Source: Lysobacterales bacterium
GTDB lineage: Bacteria > Pseudomonadota > Gammaproteobacteria > Xanthomonadales > Ahniellaceae
DNA length: 64,000 nucleotides
Assembly: GCA_038255255.1 (NCBI GenBank)
Contig: JBBSLL010000007.1
Span: forward strand, 2,334 to 66,333
Direction of reading: 5' to 3'
The notes beneath the pieces are model-generated. The model worked only from the letters and a program-made list of their open reading frames with translations, ran no database searches and had not been told where the DNA came from. Below are positions 1 through 11,982 of the stretch, one piece after another; the stretch's first letter is position 1; each line of letters starts with the position of its first letter. A program made the position numbers and the translations under genes.

Positions 1-2520
<2,520 letters not shown>

Positions 2521-2521
2521 G

Positions 2522-2580
2522 CCTTCGACCGACGGCTTCGCTGATCGGTCGAAAGCCGACGGCGGGCACTTTTTTTTCAC
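2522..2580 (+). terminator. Possible terminator region downstream of the kinase gene
   Basis: 9-bp stem ttcgaccga/tcggtcgaa (2524-2532 / 2545-2553) followed ~18 nt later by a T8 run (2572-2579), which is very unusual in this GC-rich DNA. The geometry is not canonical because the stem and U-run are separated. Confidence 0.3.
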
Positions 2581-2685
2581 CGTGAGCGATCGGACCCCCA
2601 AAAGGCGCGTATAGGAATAGACGACTCGTGTTCGTCCGAAACAATTGGGCGGCGAGTCGCTCCTTCCACTGCCGAGGTCCAGGTC

Positions 2686-2979
2686 ATGCGCATCGCCATT
2701 TTTTCCAGATTACTCCTTGCCTTCACATTCTCGCTCACCGTCTCCCTTGCGGCGAAGGCTGCTCCGGCTGTGTGCGACGCGGTCCCGGCGATGGAGTCGC
2801 CATCGGGCGACACGGGCCTCCAGGGATTCTTCCAGCGACTGATCGGCGATCCCGAAAAGCCTCAGGCCTTCTCCGGCGCGGTCATCGACGCTTCCGATCC
2901 GGAATGCTCCCTCGGCCTGGACACCCGCCCGGTCGCAGCGGAACCGAACCACCGCGCGCGTCGCGAGGCGTTGAACTGA
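2686..2979 (+). CDS. Small secreted hypothetical protein (97 aa)
   Basis: ATG start and a plausible signal peptide (MRIAIFSRLLLAFTFSLTVSLAAKA). GC3-rich after the leader. No recognisable domain. Confidence 0.4.
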   Translation: MRIAIFSRLLLAFTFSLTVSLAAKAAPAVCDAVPAMESPSGDTGLQGFFQRLIGDPEKPQAFSGAVIDASDPECSLGLDTRPVAAEPNHRARREALN

Positions 2980-3318
2980 AACAGGGTCTTCGCAACTGGT
3001 CCAGTTCCGGTGCGGGGTCACCGCGGGCTGGATGAAGTACCGCAGCGCCTGCCCGGGCGCAGCGGGTGAACGCGTGGCGAGGGGAGGCGCCACGCACCAT
3101 GGACGGTAAAGAAGGATTCCGGTCGGCGGCAGGAGCGCCAAGCCGACGGATTCGAAAGATTGGACCGCCTCGCCCGGGCGGTCCGGTCGCAGCACTGTCG
3201 CGGGATCGGCAGTGAGCCACGGATAGGCACCCGGCGTCGTTCGCCCAGGAGGGAAGCGAACGACCCAACCATAAAAAAGAGCCCTAGACTGGCGGCCCGC
3301 GATTTTGTGTGGCGTTGC

Positions 3319-6300
3319 ATGGCGCTCGCTCCATTTCCGCAAGAAAACTGCGCGCCGCCTGGCGCGACGCGTGCCGCGATGGACGCCGCCTATCTGCGGC
3401 CCGAGTCCGAGCATCTCGCCGAACTCATCCATGCGGCGCCGGGCGGGGAGGAGGCGCGAGCAATCGAAGCGCGGGCAACGCAACTGGTGGCCGGCGTGCG
3501 CCGCCGCGCGGAGGACGCGGGCGTCATCGAAGCCTTCATGCGTGAGTACGACCTCTCCAGCGAGGAAGGCGTCCTGCTGATGTGCGTGGCGGAGGCGCTG
3601 CTGCGCATTCCCGACACCGAAACGGCCGACCGGCTGATCCGCGACAAGCTCGGCGACGCCGACTGGCTCGCGCACAAGGGCCAGAGCGACTCGACCCTGG
3701 TCAATGCCTCGACGTGGGGCCTCATGCTGACCGGGCGACTCGTGCAGCTGAGCGACACGACGCAGCGCGAACCCGCCGGCGCGCTCAAGCGCCTGGTCGC
3801 GCGCGCAGGCGAGCCGATGATCCGCCTCGCCGTGCGTCAGGCGATGCGCATCATGGGACACCAGTTCGTCATGGGTCGCACCATCGGCGAGGCGCTGCAG
3901 CGCAGCCGCCGCGGCGACAATGAGTTGTTCCGCTACTCGTTCGACATGCTCGGCGAGGCGGCGCTGACGGCGCGCGACGCCGCCCGGTATCTCGAGTCGT
4001 ACCGCCGCGCGATCGACGCGATCGGCGCGGCCGGTCCCTACACCGACGCGTTCGCGGCGCCTTCGATCTCGGTGAAGCTTTCGGCATTGCATCCGCGCTA
4101 TGAGTTCACGCAACGCGCGCGGGTGCGTGCGGAACTGACCCCGCGCGTACTGGAACTTGCGCAGCGCGCCCGCGGACATGGCATTGGTTTCACCATCGAT
4201 GCCGAGGAAGCGGACCGGCTCGACCTGTCTCTGGACGTCATCGGCGACGCGTTCGCGGATCGCTCGCTCGACGGCTGGAACGGCTACGGCCTGGCCGTGC
4301 AGGCGTACCAGAAGCGCGCGCCGGCATTGCTCGACTGGCTCGCCGCGCGGGCGCGCGAGGCCGGCAGGACGATGCCGGTGCGACTCGTCAAGGGCGCTTA
4401 CTGGGACGCGGAGATCAAGCGGGCGCAGGTCGATGGCCTGCCGGGCTTCCCGGTGTTCACGCGCAAGCCGGCTACCGACGTGTCGTACCTGGCCTGCGCG
4501 CGGCGCATGTTCGCCGCCGGCGACGCGTTCTACCCGATGTTCGCCACGCACAACGCGCACACCATCGCGGCTATCCACGCGTTCGCGAAGGGCGCGCAAT
4601 ACGAATACCAGCGGCTGCACGGCATGGGCACCGATCTTTACGCCGAGGTCGTCCCGCCGCAGCACCTCGGCGTGCCTTGCCGCGTCTACGCTCCAGTGGG
4701 ATCGCACGAAGACCTGCTGCCCTATCTCGTGCGGCGGCTGCTGGAGAACGGGGCCAACACGAGCTTCGTCAACAAGATCGCGGATCCCGATCTCCCGATC
4801 GCGGCGCTGATCGAGGACCCCTTCTCCGCAGTGCGCGCCGTTGAATGCGCACCGCATCCACGCATCCCCATGCCCCGCTCCCTCTACGGCTCCGCCAGGA
4901 ACAATTCGATGGGCGTCAACCTTGCCAATCCATCCGATCTCGCGGCGCTGCAGCAGGCGATCGCCGCGACGCCGAAGTCCTACCAGGCGACGCCGCTGGT
5001 GCCGGGTGCTTCAGTCGATTCAGCGCCTCGACGCGTGAGCAACCCGGCGCGACCCGACGACGAGGTCGGCACGTGGCAGCCTTCGGATATGGCAACCGTC
5101 GAACGCGCCTTGGCCGTTGCAGTCCGCGCGCAACCCGCCTGGGACGCGATGCCTGCAACCTCGCGCGCAAAGATCTTCGAGCACGCGGCCGACCTGCTCG
5201 AGCAGCGCCTGCCCGAGTTCGTGGCACTGTGCACGCGCGAAGCCGGCAAGACGATCGCGGACGGCATCGCGGAGGTGCGCGAAGCCGTCGACTTCTGCCG
5301 CTATTACGCGCAGGAAGCGCGTGCCAACTTCGGCCCGCCGCACGTGCTGCCCGGGCCCACCGGCGAAAGCAACACCCTGCGCCTGCATGGCCGTGGCGTG
5401 ATCGCCTGCATCAGCCCCTGGAATTTTCCGCTCGCAATTTTCATGGGCCAGGTCGCAGCCTCATTGCTGGCAGGCAACGCCGTGCTCGCAAAGCCGGCGG
5501 CGCAGACCACACTGATCGGCTTCGCGGCGGTCAGACTGCTGCATGAGGCCGGCGTGCCAGTCGATGTGCTGCATTTCGTGCCGGGTGACGGCGCGACAGT
5601 CGGCGCGGCGCTGACCGCGGACCCGCGTGTCGCCGGTGTCGTGTTCACCGGCTCGACCGAAACCGCGCGCGGCATCAATCGCTCGCTCGCCGCGCGCGAC
5701 GCGCCGATCGCCGTGCTCATCGCCGAGACCGGCGGCCAGAACGCGCTCATTGCGGATTCTTCGGCGCTGCCCGAACAACTGGTCAAGGACATCATGGCCT
5801 CCGCGTTCGGCTCCGCCGGCCAGCGCTGCTCGGCCGCGCGCGTGCTGTTCGTGCAGAGCGACATCGCCGACAAGGTGATCGAGATGCTCGCAGGCGCGAT
5901 GGATGAACTCGTCGTGGGCGATCCGGCGTTGCTCGAGACCGACGTCGGACCAGTGATCGACGCGGGATCCCATAAGATCCTCGAGGAGCACGCCGCGCGC
6001 ATGCAGCGCGAGGCCAAACTCATCAAGACCGCAAAGCTCGCCGCCAGCGCGGGCAAGGGCAACTTCTTCGCTCCGCGTGCCTTCGAGCTGCGCAGCCTCG
6101 ACCAGTTGCAGCGCGAAGTGTTCGGCCCGGTGCTGCACGTGATCCGCTGGAACGCGGAGGACCTCGATCGCGTGATCGAGGCCATCAACGCGACCGGCTA
6201 CGGGCTGACGCTCGGCATCCATTCGCGCATCGAAGAGACCATCGAGCGCATCTCGTCGCGGGTCAAGGCGGGCAACTGCTACGTCAACCGCACCATGATC

Positions 6301-6465
6301 GGGGCGGTGGTCGGCGTGCAGCCGTTCGGTGGAGAAGGGCTGTCCGGTACCGGACCGAAGGCCGGCGGACCGCATTACCTGCCGCGCCTCGCAACCGAGC
6401 GCGTGCTCACCATCAACACCACCGCGGCCGGCGGCAACGCTTCGCTGCTCACCCTCGACGCGTAG
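3319..6465 (+). CDS. putA: Bifunctional proline dehydrogenase / L-glutamate-gamma-semialdehyde dehydrogenase PutA (short form without DNA-binding domain)
   Basis: 1048 aa from ATG 3319; the listed ORF from 3160 adds an Arg-rich, non-coding-looking extension. It has an N-terminal PRODH barrel region and a C-terminal aldehyde dehydrogenase with FTGSTETA, ETGGQNA and the catalytic Cys context GQRCSA. Confidence 0.95.
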   Translation: MALAPFPQENCAPPGATRAAMDAAYLRPESEHLAELIHAAPGGEEARAIEARATQLVAGVRRRAEDAGVIEAFMREYDLSSEEGVLLMCVAEALLRIPDTETADRLIRDKLGDADWLAHKGQSDSTLVNASTWGLMLTGRLVQLSDTTQREPAGALKRLVARAGEPMIRLAVRQAMRIMGHQFVMGRTIGEALQRSRRGDNELFRYSFDMLGEAALTARDAARYLESYRRAIDAIGAAGPYTDAFAAPSISVKLSALHPRYEFTQRARVRAELTPRVLELAQRARGHGIGFTIDAEEADRLDLSLDVIGDAFADRSLDGWNGYGLAVQAYQKRAPALLDWLAARAREAGRTMPVRLVKGAYWDAEIKRAQVDGLPGFPVFTRKPATDVSYLACARRMFAAGDAFYPMFATHNAHTIAAIHAFAKGAQYEYQRLHGMGTDLYAEVVPPQHLGVPCRVYAPVGSHEDLLPYLVRRLLENGANTSFVNKIADPDLPIAALIEDPFSAVRAVECAPHPRIPMPRSLYGSARNNSMGVNLANPSDLAALQQAIAATPKSYQATPLVPGASVDSAPRRVSNPARPDDEVGTWQPSDMATVERALAVAVRAQPAWDAMPATSRAKIFEHAADLLEQRLPEFVALCTREAGKTIADGIAEVREAVDFCRYYAQEARANFGPPHVLPGPTGESNTLRLHGRGVIACISPWNFPLAIFMGQVAASLLAGNAVLAKPAAQTTLIGFAAVRLLHEAGVPVDVLHFVPGDGATVGAALTADPRVAGVVFTGSTETARGINRSLAARDAPIAVLIAETGGQNALIADSSALPEQLVKDIMASAFGSAGQRCSAARVLFVQSDIADKVIEMLAGAMDELVVGDPALLETDVGPVIDAGSHKILEEHAARMQREAKLIKTAKLAASAGKGNFFAPRAFELRSLDQLQREVFGPVLHVIRWNAEDLDRVIEAINATGYGLTLGIHSRIEETIERISSRVKAGNCYVNRTMIGAVVGVQPFGGEGLSGTGPKAGGPHYLPRLATERVLTINTTAAGGNASLLTLDA

Positions 6466-6563
6466 CGCCCGCCGACGCGCGAAGCGCAAACCGGCAGCGC
6501 CGCCGCCACGCGGCGTTCACCTCTTTCGCGCTGTAGTCGCGTTTTAGGAATCGGATAAAGAGC

Positions 6564-7151
6564 ATGGCCAGCCGGCTCGGCAATCTCCTGCTCGCGGCAA
6601 TCGCTGCGATATTGCTCGCCGCTTGCGGCACGATGGGTTCGTCGGGTTCGGAGCGCCTCTTCGAGTCAACGGACTCCGTCTCCGACAGCGAGCTCGCCGG
6701 AACGTGGTACGTGATCGCGAATATTCCCTATGCGCTCGAGCGCAACAAGGTTGCCGCCCGCGTGGAGTACATCCGCCGTGACGACGGGCGTTACCGGGAT
6801 CTCTACATCGCGCGCAAGGGCTCGTTCGGAGCGCCGGAGAAGACGCTGGAATCGCTGACCTGGTCGCTGGATCCGCCGAAGAACACCACCTGGCGAACGC
6901 GCTGGCTCTGGCCACTGACGTTCGACTGGGCCGTGCTCGACCATGACGCGGAAAGCGGCGTGCTGGTGTCGGGCGCACCGTCGCGCAAATACGCATGGGT
7001 GTTTGCGCGCACGCGCGACATTGATGACGCGACGTACAACGCCGCACTCGACGTACTGGAGCGCAATGGCTTCGAACGCTCGGCGGTGAAGCGCGTGCCG
7101 CAGCAGCCGTCCGACCTTGGTCGCCCGGGTTTCGCGGCGATTGAGGATTGA
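6564..7151 (+). CDS. blc: Outer-membrane lipocalin lipoprotein (Blc family)
   Basis: Lipobox LLAAC, lipocalin signature GTWYVIANIP, and ~190 aa length typical of bacterial lipocalin. Confidence 0.85.
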   Translation: MASRLGNLLLAAIAAILLAACGTMGSSGSERLFESTDSVSDSELAGTWYVIANIPYALERNKVAARVEYIRRDDGRYRDLYIARKGSFGAPEKTLESLTWSLDPPKNTTWRTRWLWPLTFDWAVLDHDAESGVLVSGAPSRKYAWVFARTRDIDDATYNAALDVLERNGFERSAVKRVPQQPSDLGRPGFAAIED

Positions 7152-7163
7152 ATTCCTTCCTCT

Positions 7164-8063
7164 TCAGCTGCCGGACTTCATGGAGGTCTTGACGACTTTC
7201 CAGGCGCCGCCTTCCTTGGCCATCTGCGCGGTGCCGGTGCTCTTGGTCCCGTCGTCGTCGCTGCCTTCAAGCGTCAGCTCTGCCGTGTTGCCGAAGTCCT
7301 GCCCACCCGTGATCTTGATGCTGGTGGGCGCGAACGCCTTCATCATCTCGAGCATCGCGGGGAAGTCGGGCTCCTTGCGCGCCGCTTCCATCTGCTTGCG
7401 GGTGTCTGCCGCCGCGGTTGCCATCAGCACGTCGATGTCGCCCTTGCGCATGGCGTCGAAGTTGGCCATGTAGACCTTGCCGATCTCGCCACCGCCAGCC
7501 GGCAACGGCTCGCCTTTCGGCGGCGGCGGAGCAGCCGCGACCGCGGCGGCCATTTCGCCCGCGGCGAGTCCGAAATGCAGTTCGCAGCCCAGGTCGCCTT
7601 CGTCCCCTTCGAGCTTGAAGGTGCCGCTCAGGCCATCCGGGCTCTTCTTCGTCAGCACCAAAGTTCCGATGGCCGTGCCCGACTGCGACAGGCTGGTGCC
7701 GTCGGAATTGAACTGCATCGACGAGACTTCGTCTTCGTCGTTGAGCGAAAGCTGCACGCGACCCGCGCCATCGACGGCCCACGCCTGGTCGCGGATGGCA
7801 TCTTCCTTCTCCGCATCCTTGGCCCGGCCGATCGCCGCCTTGTCGAGTGCAATCGTGGTGAATGCCAGCACGCGTTCCTGCTTCGTGTCGTCGAATGCGT
7901 CGGGCGCGGTGAAGTAGACGCCGTCGACGAACGTGTATTGCTTGCCGTTGTATTGGCAGGTGCCACCCGTGTCGCCGGCCGCCCCGGGCGGAGCCAGGCA
8001 GAGCAGTGCTGCGGCAATACCGGCGGCAAGTACGGAAAAACTCGATTGCATGGTGCGGAACAT
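7164..8063 (-). CDS. Secreted hypothetical protein (299 aa)
   Basis: Signal peptide (SFSVLAAGIAAALLCLAPPGAAG), coding-like GC3 bias and an Ala/Pro linker between two halves. No catalytic motif recognised. Confidence 0.7.
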   Translation of the reverse strand: MFRTMQSSFSVLAAGIAAALLCLAPPGAAGDTGGTCQYNGKQYTFVDGVYFTAPDAFDDTKQERVLAFTTIALDKAAIGRAKDAEKEDAIRDQAWAVDGAGRVQLSLNDEDEVSSMQFNSDGTSLSQSGTAIGTLVLTKKSPDGLSGTFKLEGDEGDLGCELHFGLAAGEMAAAVAAAPPPPKGEPLPAGGGEIGKVYMANFDAMRKGDIDVLMATAAADTRKQMEAARKEPDFPAMLEMMKAFAPTSIKITGGQDFGNTAELTLEGSDDDGTKSTGTAQMAKEGGAWKVVKTSMKSGS

Positions 8064-8211
8064 GGCTTCCCCCTGTTTGGTACGCGGTCACGGAAAAATA
8101 CGTAATACGTGCGCAAAACGTGCCACAGGTGGGCACTGAACTACGCAAGGGCCGCCCGGCGCAGTGACACGACCGGCGCCGTCCCGCCCGGACCTGCACT
8201 ATCGTAGTCCC

Positions 8212-9588
8212 ATGTATCTGGACTATTTCGGCCTGCGCGAGGCGCCATTCGCGATCACGCCGGACCCGCGCTTCGTGTTCCTCTCCGAGCGGCATCGGGA
8301 GGCGCTGGCGCACTTGCGCTACGGCATCGCACGGGGCGGTTCGGGCGGCTTCGTGCTGCTGACGGGCGACATCGGCACCGGCAAAACCACGCTCAGCCGG
8401 CTGCTGCTGGAGCAGTTGCCCGAGGGCACGCAGGCGGGACTGCTGCTCAACCCCAAGGTCAACGCAAACGAGCTGTTGCAAGGTCTGTGCGATGAACTCG
8501 GCGTGGTGGTCGCGGCTTCGGCGCGCGATTCGGGCAAGGCACTGATCGACGCGCTCAATGCGCATCTGCTCGCCGCCCACGCTCGCGGCGGCCAGGTCGT
8601 CGCGCTGATCGACGAGGCCCAGAATCTTTCGACGGAAGCGCTCGAGCAGGTTCGCCTGCTGACCAACCTGGAGACACCGACGGCCAAGCTGCTGCAGGTC
8701 ATCCTGCTCGGGCAGCCCGAGCTGCGCGACGTGCTGGCGCGCGAAGACTTGACGCAACTCGCGCAGCGCATCACCGCGCGTTATCACCTGACGCCGCTCG
8801 ATCCTCTCGAAACGGAAAGCTACCTTCGCCATCGCCTGGCCGTGGCCGGTTCGAAGCGGTCTCCGTTCAGCGCATCCGCGCTGCGCGCCCTGCATGCAAG
8901 GGCCGGCGGTGTCCCGCGCCGGATCAACATCATTGCCGACCGCGCGCTTACCGGCGCCTACGCACAGCAATTGCAGGAAGTCGGGGCGCCCCTGGTGCAT
9001 CGCGCTGCGGACGAAGCACTCGGCGAAACGTCGAGCGGGCGACGACCCTGGTTCGCGATAGCGTTGGGTTCGGTGCTGGTCGCCGTCGCACTGGGCCTCG
9101 CCATCACCGCCACGCAGCCGCCCGGACGCAACGCTGCGCCGACCAGCGCGGAAACCGCCGGGCGCAGCATCACCGCCGAGCCGAAGGCCACTGGCGGCGC
9201 AGAACGACCGATAGCCGAGACCCCTCCGGCTCGCGACACTTCCGCGGTTGGAACAGAGCCCGCGTCGTTCTTCCCGTCCGACCTGCCTGTGACGCTGGGA
9301 CCGGGAGCGAGCGGAGCCGGCGTCGAATGGCTGGAGCGCGCGCTGGTCGCAGTCGGGGTACAGGTCCCGCCGGCCCACGTGGCGGGCCGATACGACGCCG
9401 CGCTCGCTATTGCTGTCCGGGATGCGCAGCGGCGCTTCGGACTTCGCGAGGACGGAATCGCCGGTCGCGAGACGCAGTGGGTGCTGGCAGGCCGCGCTGC
9501 CGCCGCAGCGCAGGTGCCCGGCCCCGCCGGGCAGGAACTTGCGCTGCCGCCGCGTCCCCTAAACTCCCCGCCTTCGCCACCCCGTTGA
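8212..9588 (+). CDS. exeA: ExeA/GspA-type AAA ATPase with C-terminal peptidoglycan-binding domain
   Basis: Starts MYLDYFGLREAPF (ATG 8212). Walker A GDIGTGKTT, a TM segment (WFAIALGSVLVAVALGLAI) and a PG-binding repeat (RRFGLREDGIAGRET). Confidence 0.9.
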   Translation: MYLDYFGLREAPFAITPDPRFVFLSERHREALAHLRYGIARGGSGGFVLLTGDIGTGKTTLSRLLLEQLPEGTQAGLLLNPKVNANELLQGLCDELGVVVAASARDSGKALIDALNAHLLAAHARGGQVVALIDEAQNLSTEALEQVRLLTNLETPTAKLLQVILLGQPELRDVLAREDLTQLAQRITARYHLTPLDPLETESYLRHRLAVAGSKRSPFSASALRALHARAGGVPRRINIIADRALTGAYAQQLQEVGAPLVHRAADEALGETSSGRRPWFAIALGSVLVAVALGLAITATQPPGRNAAPTSAETAGRSITAEPKATGGAERPIAETPPARDTSAVGTEPASFFPSDLPVTLGPGASGAGVEWLERALVAVGVQVPPAHVAGRYDAALAIAVRDAQRRFGLREDGIAGRETQWVLAGRAAAAAQVPGPAGQELALPPRPLNSPPSPPR

Positions 9589-9592
9589 TGCC

Positions 9593-10495
9593 ATGTCGCT
9601 GATTCTCGAAGCCCTCAAGCGATCCGAAGCCGAGCGCCGACTCGGCGAGGCGCCGGACCTCCTGTCGCCACCGCCGGAGTTCGTCTCCGCGCCGTCGCCG
9701 CGGCGTTCCCGGGTGCTGGTCGTGGGCGGCATTGCCGCGGCGCTGCTGATGGTTGCCGCGTTTGCGTCCTGGTGGCTCGCGGTGCGCAATAACGGAAATG
9801 CATCGCCACCCGCAGCGCAGGGACGCGAGGCCGCGGCAATGCAAACGGCCGAGATGCCTCCGCGCGATGTGCCCGCCGATCGCGGCAACAGCCCTGCTCT
9901 CCTGGGTATTCCGTCCAATCCCCCGCCGAACCCCGCGGTCTCGATACCATCGACGGTTTCTCCCAACCTGCCGCCCGATCCGACCGCGCCCCTGATGCCG
10001 CCAGACACCGTGACCGGTCGCTCACCCGTGGCAGTCGAGCCGCAGGCAGCACCGGAAGGCGAGAGACCCATCGGTCCGCCCACCATTCCGCCCGATGGGA
10101 TCGATACATCGGTTGCGACCGCGGCGCCTGTTGACGATGGCGCCGCGCCTGCGGCCGCTGCAGTACCGGCACCACCGATGCCCACCGCCGTGCCGGTGCC
10201 GGCGCCTGAACCTGCAGCGACGGCTCCCGCGCCTGTTGTCGTGGAGGAATCGCCTGCGACCGACATGCCAGAGCGCAGCGACCTGCCGCTCGCGATCCGG
10301 CAGTCGCTGCCGCCCCTGGTGCTCAACATGCACCTGTATCGCGCGACTCCGAGCGAGCGCGTCGTGATCCTGGATGGCAAGCGCCTGCATGAGGGCGAAA
10401 GCGTCGGCGACATACAGTTGATCGAGATTCGCAGCGACGGCGTGGTACTGGTTGCGCAAGGCCAGCGCTTCCTGCTTTCGCGCCTGCCCCGCTAG
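9593..10495 (+). CDS. gspB: GspB/ExeB-like general secretion pathway protein B
   Basis: N-terminus MSLILEALKRSEAER is typical of GspB. TM segment, Pro-rich linker and a conserved C-terminal domain (VLNMHLY...VILDGKRLHEG). Starts 4 nt after the exeA stop. Confidence 0.8.
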   Translation: MSLILEALKRSEAERRLGEAPDLLSPPPEFVSAPSPRRSRVLVVGGIAAALLMVAAFASWWLAVRNNGNASPPAAQGREAAAMQTAEMPPRDVPADRGNSPALLGIPSNPPPNPAVSIPSTVSPNLPPDPTAPLMPPDTVTGRSPVAVEPQAAPEGERPIGPPTIPPDGIDTSVATAAPVDDGAAPAAAAVPAPPMPTAVPVPAPEPAATAPAPVVVEESPATDMPERSDLPLAIRQSLPPLVLNMHLYRATPSERVVILDGKRLHEGESVGDIQLIEIRSDGVVLVAQGQRFLLSRLPR

Positions 10496-10506
10496 ACGGG
10501 GCGGCC

Positions 10507-11190
10507 GTGTTCGTCCGCATCGAGACGCGACCACGCAATCACCTGCCCTGGGCCACGCTCGGCATCGCCGTGCTGGTGGTGGGCGGTTTCCTGCTGCTCG
10601 AATCCCTGGACCCGTCCCAGCGCCGCAGCGTGCTCACCCGGTTCGGCATGACCCCCGGCATCCTTTACGCCCTCTGGGCTTCGCCCCATGCCGGTGTGTT
10701 CGCCAGCTCCATTACCGCCGCCCTCACGTCGCTGGTGATGCACGCGAACTGGCTGCACCTGCTCGGCAATCTCGTGTTCCTCCTGATCTTCGGTCCGCCC
10801 TCCGAGCGGCTGCTCGGTCCGGTGCGCCTGCTCGTCCTGTTCCTGGTGTGCGGCGCGATCGCGAACATCGCCGGGGCGCTCACGCTGGGCACGTCCGCCG
10901 CCCCCATCGTCGGCGCGAGCGGCGCGGTGTCTTCGATCGTCGGCGCCTATCTTGCGTTGTTCCCGCGTTCCCACCTGGGCCTTGTTTTGCCGCTCGGGCT
11001 GTTCCTCGAGTTCGTGCGCGTGCCGACCGCATGGCTCATCGGCGTTTGGGCGGTGATCCAGGTCCTGTTCGCGTGGATCGACCCCTCGTTCGGACGCGTG
11101 GCCTGGTCGATCCACATCGCCGGCTTCATCGCCGGCATGGTGTTCGCGCTCGCGTCGCGCACCGGCATCGCGCGCCGGCAGCGAAGCTGA
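10507..11190 (+). CDS. Rhomboid-family intramembrane serine protease
   Basis: Polytopic protein with rhomboid motifs HANWLHLLGN, the catalytic Ser in GASGAVS and His in IHIAGF. GTG start. Confidence 0.9.
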   Translation: MFVRIETRPRNHLPWATLGIAVLVVGGFLLLESLDPSQRRSVLTRFGMTPGILYALWASPHAGVFASSITAALTSLVMHANWLHLLGNLVFLLIFGPPSERLLGPVRLLVLFLVCGAIANIAGALTLGTSAAPIVGASGAVSSIVGAYLALFPRSHLGLVLPLGLFLEFVRVPTAWLIGVWAVIQVLFAWIDPSFGRVAWSIHIAGFIAGMVFALASRTGIARRQRS

Positions 11191-11211
11191 TTCGCGCGAT
11201 AACATCGGTGC

Positions 11212-11532
11212 ATGGCCAAGCCTTCGCGTCTCTTCAAGATCAGCTTCCTCAATCAGGGACGCGTGTACGAGCTCTACGCGCGGCGCGTATCGACCAGCGA
11301 AGTGCTCGGCTTCACCGAGATCGCCGAGCTGGTGTTCGAGACGACCGGCCTCGTGGTCGATCCGATCGAGGAACGGCTGCGCGACGAGTTCCGCGACACC
11401 CTGGTGCTGCATCTGCCCATGCACGCGGTGCTGCGCATCGAGGAGGTCGCACGGCGCGGCCCCCTCGCAATCAGGGACGCCGCGACCGGGGAGAAGATCA
11501 TGCCCTTTCCGGTATCCAACCCGCGGGCGTGA
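11212..11532 (+). CDS. DUF1820-family protein
   Basis: 106 aa. The N-terminal FKISFLNQGRVYELYAR pattern is characteristic of DUF1820. Confidence 0.8.
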   Translation: MAKPSRLFKISFLNQGRVYELYARRVSTSEVLGFTEIAELVFETTGLVVDPIEERLRDEFRDTLVLHLPMHAVLRIEEVARRGPLAIRDAATGEKIMPFPVSNPRA

Positions 11533-11604
11533 ACTTCCGGTCCGGTTGAGAATGGGGTGCGGCGCGGGCGTATGCTGCGCGCTCCCTCTCCAGGAGTCAG
11601 CCCA

Positions 11605-11970
11605 ATGACCATGCAAGCCATGCTCAACGCCGCCGCGGTACTGCTGGTGGTCGGGGCGCTCGGTGGAATCACGATGGCCATCATCCGCTTCAGCGGCAAC
11701 CGCAATCCGCCGGTCTGGCTGGCGATGGTACACGGCCTGATTGCCGCGTCCGGCCTCACGCTGCTCGCCTACGCAACCTTTGCGACCGAAGTGCCCACGC
11801 TTGCCAAAGCCTCGCTCGGGATTCTCCTGGTTGCGGCACTCGGCGGCGCGATCATCAACCTGCGCGACCACTGGAACCGCAATCTCATCTCGAAGAGCTG
11901 GACCATGGGCCACTTCGTGCTCGCGGCCGTCGGCCTCGCGCTGTTGCTGCGCGTGACCTGGTTCGCCTGA
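11605..11970 (+). CDS. Small integral membrane protein (4 predicted TM)
   Basis: ATG 11605 is preceded by AGGAG (11592-11596). Four hydrophobic helices. The listed ORF start at 11557 is less likely. Confidence 0.65.
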   Translation: MTMQAMLNAAAVLLVVGALGGITMAIIRFSGNRNPPVWLAMVHGLIAASGLTLLAYATFATEVPTLAKASLGILLVAALGGAIINLRDHWNRNLISKSWTMGHFVLAAVGLALLLRVTWFA

Positions 11971-11982
11971 CCGGCGCGATCG

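Noticed and set aside
3160-3318. Upstream extension of putA, and similar extensions of listed ORFs for hslV, dapF, ctpA, envC, ptrB, the MFS and SLC13 genes, the RIO kinase and the VNGG protein
   Set aside because: The extensions are Arg/Pro-rich, run through neighbouring genes or repeat elements, and precede internal starts. Those internal starts give canonical N-termini, signal peptides or lipoboxes.
2980-3318. 339-nt region upstream of putA examined for a riboswitch or sRNA
   Set aside because: Only local hairpins are visible (gtcgttcgc/gcgaacgac and gaccgcc/ggcggtc) plus an A6 run. I could not match any riboswitch core such as the B12 box, TPP or SAM, and there is no terminator geometry. 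It is probably a promoter/leader region. A covariance-model scan would be needed.
2710-4857. 715-aa ORF antisense to putA. Similar long antisense or out-of-frame ORFs occur at 7267-9378, 20595-22235, 25825-27882, 37893-39536, 40065-41552, 58034-59956 and others.
   Set aside because: They overlap genes with unambiguous motifs on the other strand. Their products are Arg/Ala/Gly-rich with no motifs. Open antisense frames of this kind are expected in GC-rich DNA.
8085-8100. 11-bp palindrome ACGTA-A-TACGT in the AT-richer divergent region upstream of exeA as an operator site
   Set aside because: It is a single short palindrome with no second copy and no recognisable regulator consensus, so it could be chance.
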